Of a DNA stretch of 64,000 bases, positions 1-8,349 are shown in pieces; position 1 is the stretch's first letter, and the number at the start of each line of letters is the position of its first letter. The DNA lies in assembly GCA_902793195.1 (NCBI GenBank), contig CADBCS010000002.1:90041-154040 (forward strand). The letters are read 5' to 3'. The DNA comes from an uncultured Coriobacteriaceae bacterium. GTDB lineage: Bacteria > Actinomycetota > Coriobacteriia > Coriobacteriales > Atopobiaceae. The notes under the pieces were generated by a model. It did no database searches. It was given only the letters and a program-made list of their open reading frames with translations, and had not been told where the DNA came from. Both the position numbers and the translations under genes were made by a program.

Positions 1-2
1 CC

Positions 3-458
3 GGATGCCGACGCATTGGCAGGAGCCTCAACGACACGCGGGGCCTCTTCCACTCGTTCGCGGACTGCCGCGAGGTGATGCGCGACGCCTTTGCGGACCT
101 TGTTAGCTTTGGCGTGGCGTGCCAGCGGTGGGAGCTGGCGTTCGAGCTGCGGATCCGCCGCGCCAGGTGGGTGCGCATCTATGCGGACGTGCTGGTCGTC
201 TGCCCGACGCACGCCTTCTCTTTGGAGTTCAAGATGAAGGACGCGATCGAGCCCGCGGAGGTGGCGCAGGCCGCCAAGTACGTCCCATGGCTGGAGGTCA
301 TCTTCGGCAGGGAGGTCGACGTCGTTCCCGCCCTTGTGCTCACGCGGGCGCGCGACCTGTACGCGCATGCGGAGCTTCCCGGCGGCGGGGAGCTGCCGGT
401 CGCGTCCGGGGACATGCTGTTCAACGTGTTCGACGAGTACCTGGGGTTCTTGGGCTAG
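3..458 (+). CDS. hypothetical protein, C-terminal part (frame open to the left window edge); possible PD-(D/E)XK-type nuclease motif
   Basis: Frame 3 has no stop from nt 3 to TAG 456-458, so listed ORF 75..458 is only the part after the first start codon. YADVLVV...SLEFKMK resembles D-x(n)-E-x-K. Family not recognised with certainty. Confidence 0.4.
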   Translation, partial: GCRRIGRSLNDTRGLFHSFADCREVMRDAFADLVSFGVACQRWELAFELRIRRARWVRIYADVLVVCPTHAFSLEFKMKDAIEPAEVAQAAKYVPWLEVIFGREVDVVPALVLTRARDLYAHAELPGGGELPVASGDMLFNVFDEYLGFLG

Positions 459-465
459 CGCTAAC

Positions 466-552
466 GGCCCCACCGCGTGGGCACCCGCCGCGATTCTCGG
501 CCCAAATTGCGCGCGGCAGGGACCCGTTTGGGACGGAAATCGCGCGCGGTGG
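466..552. repeat. M-family GC-rich mosaic repeat, partial copy
   Basis: GATTCTCGGCCCAAATTGCGCGCGGCAGGGACCCGTTTGGGACGGAAATCGCGCGCGGTGG closely matches the inverted half of the clusters at 2263-2378 and 3889-4001. Confidence 0.7.
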
Positions 553-556
553 CCGA

Positions 557-589
557 CTGCACCAGAAGGGACGGTCCCTTCCGGTGCAG
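557..589. repeat. P-family palindromic unit (GGGACGGTCCC core)
   Basis: CTGCACCAGAAGGGAC-G-GTCCCTTCCGGTGCAG; 15 of 16 arm positions are complementary. Confidence 0.8.
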
Positions 590-676
590 TTACCGCCCGC
601 AGGGGACGGGCACGATCGGAGAATCGGGCAGAAGAGACGAGGGTGATCTTGACGCGCTCCGGCGTGACAGCAGAAC

Positions 677-2053
677 TTACGGCAGCCTGTACCGCCTGTC
701 CCTTGTCGTGCCTTCCGCAAGAAGCAAGCCGTCAGACACGAGACGTGCAAGGTGGCGCTTGACGGTTCGCTCCGAGGCGGACGCCGCGGCTACGATGTCG
801 ATGCTTCTTGCGGGCTGGTACCTCGACACGATCTCCAGCAACTCGGCGTCCAACGGCGATCGTCCCTTCGTCGGTTGGACGCCCGCGAACGTCGTCCAAA
901 CGCGCGCGGTAAACATGTCCCCGTCAGCCAGTTCGGGATCTCGGCCTCCGTAGGCGGGGGCGTACTTGTAGAGGTTGCGCGTCCCGCTTCCGAGGTCCTC
1001 GGCACGGCCGATCTGCGTGAAGAAGCTGGCGATGAGGGGGTTCTTTGGGACGGGCTCGAAGTCGTCGAGCGTGATGCTTCCCGTAAACCTCGCCCTGCTT
1101 GGGTTGGCCGTCTGGACGTGGTCCCGGCTTATGACGATCCTGCCGGCGCGCGGATCGGTATACTCTCTGTGCACCAAAAGGTTGGAGACGAGTTCGCGCA
1201 CTATCACGTCGCGTATGCTGATGGCTTGAGTGCCATCGAGGTGGAACCTGTCGGGAAGGTGCCTTCTACCGAACGCCAGGAGCTGCTCGTAGGTGTCGAT
1301 GAGGTTTGTCTTGAGCACGAGCCTGTCGTCGTAGCGATCGATGTTGTCCACGCGTAGGAGCGCGTCGACCTTGTAGGCGGGACAGACGCTCATGATTACC
1401 TCGTCGGTTCCCAGCAGCAGAGCGGCCGCCCTGGTGTATCCCTCCTGGCCAGTCTCGATGTCGCGAAGATAAAGCCCGGAGTCGCGCAGGAGCTGCTCGT
1501 CGCTAAGGGCGAGCCACGGATGGTCGGCCCTTTTTGCGGCGATTAGTGCCCTTACGCGCGGCAAAAGATCAAGGCGCAGATCCTCGCTCCTCAGGTACGG
1601 ATACACCTTCCGCTCCGTGTACACATCGCGCTTTCGCAGATAGAGGGATGATATCTGCATGTCGGCAACGAGCCGTACGTCCACGTCGTCAACACGGTCG
1701 TACACGATCCCTTTGAAGCGATAGACCTCTGGGCCAAAGGGCACCCAAACCCGAATCACTTCCCTTCCCCCGCAGTCGATTGGCTCGAACTGCAGCGCCG
1801 GTGCCGAGCTGAAAAGGCTTGGGTTGTTTGCCACGTTGATCATATTCCGGCGTATGGAGAGGCTGTCCTGCTTGTTCACCCCCTCGATCGTTCCGTCGTC
1901 CCGCACGCCGAGGTAAATGTTTCCTCCCTGCCGGTTGGCGAAGGAGCATACCGTCTCGAACACGTCCGATTCAGGTCTGTTCCCGCAACGTTTGAACTCG
2001 ACCGAGATGCCCTCGCCATCTTGCAGCGCCAGCCTTAGCTCGTCGTATCCCAT
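677..2053 (-). CDS. AlbA_2 (Schlafen-like) DNA-binding domain protein with HATPase_c_4-like and C-terminal winged-helix regions (COG2865-type putative regulator)
   Basis: 458-aa ORF. N-terminus ISVEFKRCG...VCSFANRQGGNIYLGVRDDGTIEGV is typical of AlbA_2; RELVSNLLVHREY and a C-terminal HTH-like tail (ERTVKRHLARLVSDGLL). Confidence 0.7.
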   Translation of the reverse strand: MGYDELRLALQDGEGISVEFKRCGNRPESDVFETVCSFANRQGGNIYLGVRDDGTIEGVNKQDSLSIRRNMINVANNPSLFSSAPALQFEPIDCGGREVIRVWVPFGPEVYRFKGIVYDRVDDVDVRLVADMQISSLYLRKRDVYTERKVYPYLRSEDLRLDLLPRVRALIAAKRADHPWLALSDEQLLRDSGLYLRDIETGQEGYTRAAALLLGTDEVIMSVCPAYKVDALLRVDNIDRYDDRLVLKTNLIDTYEQLLAFGRRHLPDRFHLDGTQAISIRDVIVRELVSNLLVHREYTDPRAGRIVISRDHVQTANPSRARFTGSITLDDFEPVPKNPLIASFFTQIGRAEDLGSGTRNLYKYAPAYGGRDPELADGDMFTARVWTTFAGVQPTKGRSPLDAELLEIVSRYQPARSIDIVAAASASERTVKRHLARLVSDGLLLAEGTTRDRRYRLP

Positions 2054-2140
2054 CGACCCTCCCTTTTTGTGCCATTTATGCCATTATATGAGCTATTTGG
2101 CAGAAAAGTGGGCACGAATTAATTACGTAGGGTTTCGCCG

Positions 2141-2378
2141 CACCCGCCGCGCACGATTTCGTGACAAGAACGGTCCCCACCGCGTACCATTCTCGGCCTT
2201 GTCGCACCCACCGCGCACGATTTCGTGACAAGAACGGTCCCTACCGCGCACCATTCTCGGCCATTATCGTACGCGGCAGGGACCCGTTTGGGACGGAAAT
2301 CGCGCGCGGTGTCCCGCGGGGGTCTCGAAATCGCGCGCGGTAGCGACCGAACCTGTCACAAAATCGTGCGCGGTGGAC
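2141..2378. repeat. M-family GC-rich mosaic repeat cluster (two 64-bp tandem units plus inverted tail)
   Basis: Units 2141-2204 and 2205-2268 differ at 3 of 58 compared positions. The tail carries four inverted copies of AAATCG[CT]GCGCGGT. Terminal arms CCACCGCGCACGATTTCGTGACAAG and CCTGTCACAAAATCGTGCGCGGTGG are inverted repeats. Confidence 0.85.
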
Positions 2379-2622
2379 CGAACCGGACGGCGCCATGCAT
2401 ACTCTCCGCGCGATGGACGCCAAACATGCCGCCCACGGCACAACGGACGCCACTCGCGGCATCGCGCACGCGCGCGGATACGCACGGGCGGTCCGCGAGC
2501 ACCTCTCTTTACCTCCCCAAACGAGAGAATCGGGGAACTTCGTGCGAGTTATGCGCGCACTTGCTGTTCCACAGACAAAAAGCCTTGCCGCGTGGTGCTC
2601 CCAACCCAGGTACCCTCGTGCC

Positions 2623-3714
2623 ATGGACATTTTTCTCGATGACAAGACCTTGCTGCACCTGCTTCGTGCCGCCGCCCGCGACAGCGGCATTGCCCTCGCT
2701 CCTGCCCAGGTTGTCAGGCCGACGCCTCTCGGACTCACCACGGCAAAGCTCAACCGCCTCGGCGTCGATAGTCTGCTCGCGTACCTGCGGGTGCCGGAGG
2801 ACCGGCCGCTTGGGATTCTTGTTCCCGACGCGCGGAGCCGCGTGAGGTCGCGCGGCTTTGACTGCTCGATTGACGGATTCCCACGTGGCACCGCTCCCTT
2901 CCGTCAGCTCGTGTCGGCCGATCCCGAACACCCAAGCCCCCTGGTTCCCGACTCGGGTGCCGTCTACGTGCTCTCGCCGCAAAACGTCGCGCTCCACATG
3001 GCAAGGAGAATCCGGCGCATGGAGCTCGGCAAGAAGATGGGCCATGCGGAGGCCGTTCTCATGATTCTCAAGCTGTGCCTTGAACTTTGTGGCACGTACG
3101 TTCACGACCCCTTTGATCCGTTGCGAGGAGAGGTGGCTTATGGGGTCGAGCCATCCCTCACCACAGAGGATTTGACGGCATTCCTTGCGTCGTTTGGAAC
3201 CGAGCAGGGTCTTGCGCTGGCACGCGAGGCGGCGTCGTACTGCTACGATTTGTCTGGTTCGCCCCAGGAGTCGTTCTTGGGGCCGGCGCTGTTCTTTCCG
3301 TCTCGTTTTGGAGGACTGCAGCTGGGTGAGTTCGTTGCCAATGGTCCACTCATGCTCTCGCCGAGCCAAAGGGAGCTCATTGGCGGGCGTACCATTACGC
3401 CGGACTTTCAGCTGGTGGGATACGACGCCGTTATCGAGTACAAGGGCGCTGTCCACGAGGAGGGAGACAATCCCAGGATCGACCACGTGCGGGCGCTGGA
3501 CTACCAGACGTTGGGCAAGCGTGACTTCTCCTTTGTGTACGACGACGTGTGCCGGCAGGAGGACTTCAACGAGAGCGCCGCTCGCATTGTCGCGGCGACG
3601 GCGCAAAGGGACGGGGCCAAGACGGTCCGGCGGTTTGAGCGGCTGCGTAAAGACGAACGCTTCTTGGAGCGACAGCGGATACTGTTTAGGGTGTTTAGGC
3701 CGTGGCTCCGCTAG
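2623..3714 (+). CDS. hypothetical protein with C-terminal DUF559/Vsr-like endonuclease-fold domain
   Basis: ORF 2395..3714. The 5-prime 76 codons run out of the repeat cluster, so ATG 2623 (MDIFLDD) is preferred, with ATG 2551 as alternative. C-terminus SPQESFLGPALFF...ITPDFQLVGYDAVIEYKGAVHEE fits the D...E-Y-x-G-x-x-H pattern of DUF559 nucleases. Confidence 0.55.
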   Translation: MDIFLDDKTLLHLLRAAARDSGIALAPAQVVRPTPLGLTTAKLNRLGVDSLLAYLRVPEDRPLGILVPDARSRVRSRGFDCSIDGFPRGTAPFRQLVSADPEHPSPLVPDSGAVYVLSPQNVALHMARRIRRMELGKKMGHAEAVLMILKLCLELCGTYVHDPFDPLRGEVAYGVEPSLTTEDLTAFLASFGTEQGLALAREAASYCYDLSGSPQESFLGPALFFPSRFGGLQLGEFVANGPLMLSPSQRELIGGRTITPDFQLVGYDAVIEYKGAVHEEGDNPRIDHVRALDYQTLGKRDFSFVYDDVCRQEDFNESAARIVAATAQRDGAKTVRRFERLRKDERFLERQRILFRVFRPWLR

Positions 3715-3770
3715 GGTGGTGAGACGTGGCGTGCCCGTCCGCCGCGTGGGTGTCCGCCGCGCGTCCGTCC

Positions 3771-4001
3771 GCCGTGTACGATTTCGTGACAAAAACGGCC
3801 CTTACCGCGTACGATCCTGTCCCGTGGGAGGGGTGCCGCGCACGATTTGGTGACATAAACGGCCCTTACCGCGCGCAATTCTCGGCCCAAATCGTGCGCG
3901 GTAGGGACTCGTTTGGGACGGAAATCGTGCGCGGTGCGACCGGGGCGGCCGCAAATCGCGCGTGGTAGCGACCGAACTTGTCACAAAATCGTGCGCGGTG
4001 C
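3771..4001. repeat. M-family GC-rich mosaic repeat cluster (same orientation and architecture as 2141-2378)
   Basis: Two about 64-bp units start at 3776 and 3840. The inverted tail ends in CTTGTCACAAAATCGTGCGCGGTG. Confidence 0.85.
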
Positions 4002-4170
4002 CCCGCCACCCCGCCGCCCCGCCGTCCTGCCCCGCCCACCCAAAACGTTTCGTGCAGGAAAACGCTTGCGCACCAGCGCGTGTCGTGCGCGTCACAAGTT
4101 CGGCACAGGTAGGGCGACGCGGCGCGTTTGCGTTATCGTCGCAGGCAAAGACGAACGACGCAACGGAGGG

Positions 4171-5529
4171 ATGCGCATGGGAGTACGGTCCACTATGGCG
4201 GTTGGCGCGGGCAAGCTGACGCATGCGGCATTGCACGGCCTGCTGCGACGCGACGCCTCTCAGCTGCCGGGGCGCGTGTGCTTGGCCATGGATCCCAACG
4301 CCGTGGCGCACCTGCGCTCCAAGGTGCGGCAGGGGAGCATGGTGGTGTGCGGCACAAACGGCAAGACCACCACCACGAACCTCATTGCCGCGGCAATCCA
4401 GACGACCGGCCAGCGCGTGGCCTGCAACCGCACGGGCGCCAACATGCTGGCGGGCGTGACCTCCGCGCTTTTGGTGGGCGGCTCGACGGACTGGGCGGTG
4501 CTCGAGGCCGACGAGCTCTCCACCATCCGCATCCTGCCCCAGCTGCAGCCCGACTACCTGGTGCTGCTCAACCTCTTTCGCGACCAGCTGGACCGGGCGG
4601 GCGAGATAGACCACGTGCAGGACACGCTCGCAGAGGCGCTCGCGGCCTCTCCGCGCACGGCGCTTGTGGTGTGCGGTGACGACCCCCTCAGCTGGTCGGT
4701 GGCCCTGCGCGCCCGGGCGGCAGGCACGCGCGTGCTCGCCTTTGGCATTGCGGAGGACCTGCGCCTTGCGCCCGACCGCGTTCCCGAGGCGCGGTTCTGC
4801 CAGCAGTGCGGTGCCGAGCTCGACTATGGCTACCGCACCTACGCGCAGTTGGGCGACTTTTGCTGTCCCACCTGCGGATTCTCTCGGCCAGAGCTAGAGT
4901 TTGCCGCGACGGGCGTGCACGTGGACGCCTTGGGCGTCTCGTTCGAGCTCGCCCGGTCGGGCCGTTTCCTCACGCGCGTCCAAGCTGGGTTCGGCGGGAC
5001 GTACATGGTCTACAACCTCATGGCAGCCGCCGCGGCCGCCGCGCTGGCCGGTGCCGGCACGTCGGCGCTGCTGCGGGCGATCGACGGCTTCGACCCGCAC
5101 AACGGACGCCTGCAGCACTTTGCGGTCGGCGGGCGAAACGTGGTCCTTAACCTGGCGAAGAACCCCACCGGCCTCAACCAGAACATCTCGCTCATGCTGG
5201 CGGACGGGCGTCCCAAGGCCGTGTTCGTGGTGGTAAACGACAACGGCAACGACGGCCGGGACGTCTCGTGGATCTGGGACGTGGACTTTGAGCGCCTGGC
5301 CGGGCGCGCGGACGTGGTTGAGATGCTGGCTGGCGGCCTTAGGGCCAACGACGTGCAGGTGCGTCTCAAGTACGCGGAAATGCGCGCAAGCATCGCGACG
5401 AGCGTGGCCGACGCGCTGGTGCAGGTGGCAAAGCTGCCCACGGAGTGCGTGCTGTACGTGCTCGCCAACTACTCGGCACTGGCACCCGCGCGAGCCGAGC
5501 TGGAGGAAATGGAGAGGCGCCATGGGTAG
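4171..5529 (+). CDS. murT: lipid II isoglutaminyl synthase subunit MurT (Mur ligase family, DUF1727 C-terminus)
   Basis: GTNGKTTT P-loop, a CQQCG...CPTCG zinc ribbon and a DUF1727-like tail. ATG 4171 follows GGAGGG. Stop overlaps the gatD start. Confidence 0.85.
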   Translation: MRMGVRSTMAVGAGKLTHAALHGLLRRDASQLPGRVCLAMDPNAVAHLRSKVRQGSMVVCGTNGKTTTTNLIAAAIQTTGQRVACNRTGANMLAGVTSALLVGGSTDWAVLEADELSTIRILPQLQPDYLVLLNLFRDQLDRAGEIDHVQDTLAEALAASPRTALVVCGDDPLSWSVALRARAAGTRVLAFGIAEDLRLAPDRVPEARFCQQCGAELDYGYRTYAQLGDFCCPTCGFSRPELEFAATGVHVDALGVSFELARSGRFLTRVQAGFGGTYMVYNLMAAAAAAALAGAGTSALLRAIDGFDPHNGRLQHFAVGGRNVVLNLAKNPTGLNQNISLMLADGRPKAVFVVVNDNGNDGRDVSWIWDVDFERLAGRADVVEMLAGGLRANDVQVRLKYAEMRASIATSVADALVQVAKLPTECVLYVLANYSALAPARAELEEMERRHG

Positions 5530-6265
5530 CCAAAGGGGACTCTGCATCGCACACATGTATCCGGAGCTGCTCAACCTCTACGGGGATTCGGGCAACGTGC
5601 TCGTAATGCGCAAGCGGCTCACCTGGCGCGGTCTGGGCTGCGAGGTGCGCGAGTTCCATGTGGGCGACCGGCCCAGACTGTCCGGCGTGGACATCGTGCT
5701 CATTGGCGGCGGGTCCGACCGAGAGCAGCGCATCGTGTGCGACTGCCTGCTCAAGGCGCGCCGCGAGCTCGTGTCGTTTGTGCAGGACGGCGGCGTGCTG
5801 TTGGCCGTGTGCGGTGGGTATCAGCTGCTGGGGCACAGCTACCTCATGGGCGACGAGAAGGTGCCCGGCCTCTCTCTCGTGGACCTCTACACCGACCGGG
5901 GGTCTCCGCGTCTTGTTGGCAACATCGTCGTGCAGAGCCGCATCTGCGCGCAGCCCATCGTGGGTTTCGAGAACCACGGCGGACGTACGCACCTGGGCGC
6001 TGGCGTGGAGCCGCTGGGGTCGGTGCTCTTTGGGTATGGAAACGACGGCGAGACGGGCGAGGAGGGGTGCCTGTACCGCAATGTCGTGGGGACCTACGTG
6101 CACGGGCCACTGCTGCCAAAGAACCCCGGCGTGGCGGACTACCTGCTGGGGAAGGCCCTCGAACGCCGCTATGCAGACGGTGCGCTCACGCCTTTGGACG
6201 ACGGGGCCGAGCTCGCGGCAAATAGACGTGCCTTGGAGGTTGGCGGCGCCCATCGTTTTGGGTAA
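5522..6265 (+). CDS. gatD: glutamine amidotransferase GatD (CobQ/CobB-type GATase partner of MurT)
   Basis: ATG 5522 overlaps the murT stop (ATGGGTAG). Catalytic CGGYQLLG motif; FENHGGRT. Confidence 0.85.
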   Translation: MGSQRGLCIAHMYPELLNLYGDSGNVLVMRKRLTWRGLGCEVREFHVGDRPRLSGVDIVLIGGGSDREQRIVCDCLLKARRELVSFVQDGGVLLAVCGGYQLLGHSYLMGDEKVPGLSLVDLYTDRGSPRLVGNIVVQSRICAQPIVGFENHGGRTHLGAGVEPLGSVLFGYGNDGETGEEGCLYRNVVGTYVHGPLLPKNPGVADYLLGKALERRYADGALTPLDDGAELAANRRALEVGGAHRFG

Positions 6266-6384
6266 GGTAGTAGGGCGTTTTGCGCGCGGGTGTCCTTGTG
6301 CTCGTGCGCGATTGGACACGGCATGCAATCCTGGCGCGGGACCTCGCGCTAGGAAACGGCTATCGGTACGAAAGGACCTGTGCT

Positions 6385-6942
6385 ATGGAGGAAAAGAAGG
6401 GAATCAACGTCGGTCGCATCGCGGGCATAGTGTGCGGCGCGCTCATCGTGATTCTGGGGGTGTACTGCCTGATCACGCCCATCCAAACCTACGCCATCGT
6501 GGGCTGGATGCTCGCGTTTGCCATGATAGCGGATGGCGTGTGCAAGGTCATGGTGTGGAACGAGCTGCGCAAGGCCAAGATCTCGGACGTGTGGGCGCTG
6601 GTTGGCGGCGTGCTCTCGTGCGTGCTGGGCGTGGTGCTCGTCTGCAGCCAGATGGCCATGGTCGTGGTGGACATCTTCGTCGCCTACCTGGTGGGCGCCT
6701 GGGTGCTGTTCTCGGGCTGCGTGCGCATTGGCCGCTCGTTCGCACTGCGCAACGTGAGCAAGGGGCGCGACGGCACGGTGCTTGCGTCCAACTGGGACCT
6801 CGCCCTCATCGTGGGCATTCTCATGGTCGTGCTGGGCATCTTCTGCCTGGCCAATCCCGTGCTGGTGATGCTCGCGCTGGGATGGCAGATTGGCTTCTCC
6901 CTCATCGCGGGCGGCATAGGCCTTATTACGGCCACGGCGTAG
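6385..6942 (+). CDS. HdeD/DUF308-family multi-pass membrane protein
   Basis: About 185 aa starting MEEKKGINVG, with six hydrophobic segments in the repeated GxxxxxxG pattern of DUF308. Confidence 0.55.
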   Translation: MEEKKGINVGRIAGIVCGALIVILGVYCLITPIQTYAIVGWMLAFAMIADGVCKVMVWNELRKAKISDVWALVGGVLSCVLGVVLVCSQMAMVVVDIFVAYLVGAWVLFSGCVRIGRSFALRNVSKGRDGTVLASNWDLALIVGILMVVLGIFCLANPVLVMLALGWQIGFSLIAGGIGLITATA

Positions 6943-6950
6943 GCGCATCG

Positions 6951-7010
6951 ACCGTCCGCAGGGGACGGTCCCCTTTGGTACACCGTCCGCAGGGGACGGT
7001 CCCCTTTGGC
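6951..7010. repeat. P-family palindromic units, direct tandem pair
   Basis: ACCGTCCGCAGGGGACGGTCCCCTTTGG occurs twice (6951-6979, 6982-7010) between convergent genes. Confidence 0.85.
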
Positions 7011-7013
7011 TGG

Positions 7014-7190
7014 TTAGGCGCTGATCTCGGTCCAGGTGTGTCCGCACTTGTTGCAGTACCAAACGGTAACGGTGCGGCCCAGGTTGTCCTTGTAGCTGTC
7101 CTGCTTGGTAACGTCCTCGCTTCCGCACTGCGGGCAGTCGGGCTCGGCGAGCCAAGCGTCCAGGCTGCTGTCATCTAGGGTCTGTGCCAT
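7014..7190 (-). CDS. small zinc-ribbon protein (58 aa)
   Basis: MAQTLDD... with CPQCG...CNKCG. GAGGAG RBS upstream of ATG 7190. The longer 98-aa version lacks an RBS. Confidence 0.5.
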   Translation of the reverse strand: MAQTLDDSSLDAWLAEPDCPQCGSEDVTKQDSYKDNLGRTVTVWYCNKCGHTWTEISA

Positions 7191-7304
7191 GGCGACTCCT
7201 CTCGTTGATGGTCCTCCCCATGCTATCAGGGCATCGGCACCGCGCCCGCGAAGTTCTCCCAGACGTTGGGTAATAATCTGCGCGTGGGCGGCCCGGGTCG
7301 GTTC

Positions 7305-7339
7305 GACCATCCGTCGGGGACCGTCCCCGGCGGATGGTC
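7305..7339. repeat. P-family palindromic unit (35 bp)
   Basis: GACCATCCGTCGGGGAC-C-GTCCCCGGCGGATGGTC; 16 of 17 arm positions pair and the mismatch is G-T type. Lies in a divergent promoter region. Confidence 0.85.
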
Positions 7340-7491
7340 GCCGCCAGGCAACCCGCGCCGGGACCCGCGCGGCGTCGCAAGCTGAGAAGAGAGATTGTGT
7401 AGTGGCAACAACCTCGCGCTGGCTCGGCTATACTATCTGGGCAGCGATGGGCATCCATATATGCCATTAGACGGAGTTATTGGAGGATTCC

Positions 7492-7686
7492 ATGAATCTG
7501 GGACCACTGGAACTGGTAGTTATCGTTGGCGTCGCGCTCCTGATCTTTGGGCCGAAGAACCTGCCGAAGCTTGGTTCTGCCGTCGGTAAGACCGTCAAGA
7601 ACGTCCGCGAGGGAATGGAAGGTTCCGACGAGGACGACAACGAGGACGAGAAGCCTGCAAAGAAGGCCGAGGAGTCGGAGGAGTAA
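7492..7686 (+). CDS. tatA: twin-arginine translocase subunit TatA/E
   Basis: MNLGPLELVVIVGVALLIFGPKNLPKLG followed by an acidic tail. GGAGGA RBS before ATG 7492. Confidence 0.8.
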   Translation: MNLGPLELVVIVGVALLIFGPKNLPKLGSAVGKTVKNVREGMEGSDEDDNEDEKPAKKAEESEE

Positions 7687-7743
7687 GCGTCCCACAGGGT
7701 CGTGCGGGTTGGATGGCCCGTGTAAGAAGAAGATGAGGTGAAC

Positions 7744-8235
7744 ATGGCCACAGAAGAGATCATTCTTACTCAGGAGGGGCGCAAGGAACTCGAGAAGGAG
7801 CTTGCCTGGCGTCTGGATGAGCACAAGGCCGAGATCGACGAGCAGTTGCGCGTGGCGCGCGGCTTTGGCGACCTGTCCGAGAACGCCGAGTACGATGCGG
7901 CACGCGAGGCACAGGCCCAAAACGAGTCGCGCATCAACGAGCTCAACCACATCCTCGCCACGGCAAAGGATGCCGACCAGATCGTGACGCGCGAGGGCGG
8001 CCTGGTGGCTGCCGTCGGCACCGAGGTCGTGTTGGAGGACGTGCGTGGCAAGCGTTCCACCTTCTCCATCGTGGGCACGACCGAGACCGACTCGCTGCAG
8101 TTCAAGATCTCCAACGAGTCCCCGCTTGGTGCGGCTCTCATCGGACACGTGGCGGGCGACGGCGTCTCGTTCGTAACGCCTTCGGGCGTCGTGCGCGAGT
8201 TCACGATTACGGACGTGCGACTGCCCAGGGCATAG
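7744..8235 (+). CDS. greA: transcription elongation factor GreA
   Basis: LTQEGRKELEKEL...ARGFGDLSENAEYDAAREAQ, typical of the GreA coiled-coil and C-terminal domain. Confidence 0.9.
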   Translation: MATEEIILTQEGRKELEKELAWRLDEHKAEIDEQLRVARGFGDLSENAEYDAAREAQAQNESRINELNHILATAKDADQIVTREGGLVAAVGTEVVLEDVRGKRSTFSIVGTTETDSLQFKISNESPLGAALIGHVAGDGVSFVTPSGVVREFTITDVRLPRA

Positions 8236-8260
8236 CGTTCGACAATTTGCGTGTACAGCG

Positions 8261-8316
8261 AAGGGATACTCCCCTGTGCGTACGCTGGGGTTCGCGTACA
8301 CGGGGGAGTATCCCTT
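8261..8316 (+). terminator. long imperfect hairpin downstream of greA (possible terminator or attenuator; no T-tract)
   Basis: AAGGGATACTCCCCTGTGCGTACGC, loop TGGGGTT, then CGCGTACACGGGGGAGTATCCCTT. The first 14 bp of the stem are perfect. Confidence 0.3.
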
Positions 8317-8349
8317 TGCCACACATCGATAGACACATAAAGGAGCAAC

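Noticed and set aside
2161-2343. Recurrent peptide strings in the ORF track (RARFRDKNGPYR, IARGRDPFGTEIARG, GTVPSG, RDRPRW, EGTVPDG) suggesting a protein family.
   Set aside because: They are translations of the P and M DNA repeats in different frames and strands. They lack RBS and consistent ORF boundaries and always fall in intergenic spacers.
2141-4001. CRISPR array or integron attC-cassette interpretation of the M-family clusters.
   Set aside because: The sequences between the short repeated words are conserved between loci, so there are no unique spacers. Repeat words occur in both orientations. No cas genes or intI are present, and the ends do not match the attC R-box consensus (RYYYAAC/GTTRRRY).
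3913-4170. Longer N-terminal versions of murT (3913), cysS (20047), gatD (5288), ppk2 (49793), yccF (38796), PTP (40652), PASTA protein (40591) and rpoB (54604).
   Set aside because: The extensions start inside repeat clusters, promoters or the preceding gene. They lack an RBS and add Arg/Pro-rich sequence absent from the families. Internal starts with good RBS match the conserved N-termini.
7429-7434. Recurring TATACT hexamer (GGCTATACT at 7426 and 15542, CCTATACTG on the minus strand upstream of ppk2 near 49506) as a shared -10 element.
   Set aside because: No convincing -35 partners or mapped starts. A 6-mer recurring three times in 64 kb is not significant on its own, so it is left as an unscored remark.
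8236-8349. T-box or other riboswitch upstream of lysS; also upstream of cysS (20006-20169).
   Set aside because: No specifier loop or T-box (AGGGTGGNACCGCG-like) sequence was found. The lysS spacer holds a single long hairpin, and the cysS spacer is filled by P-family units.
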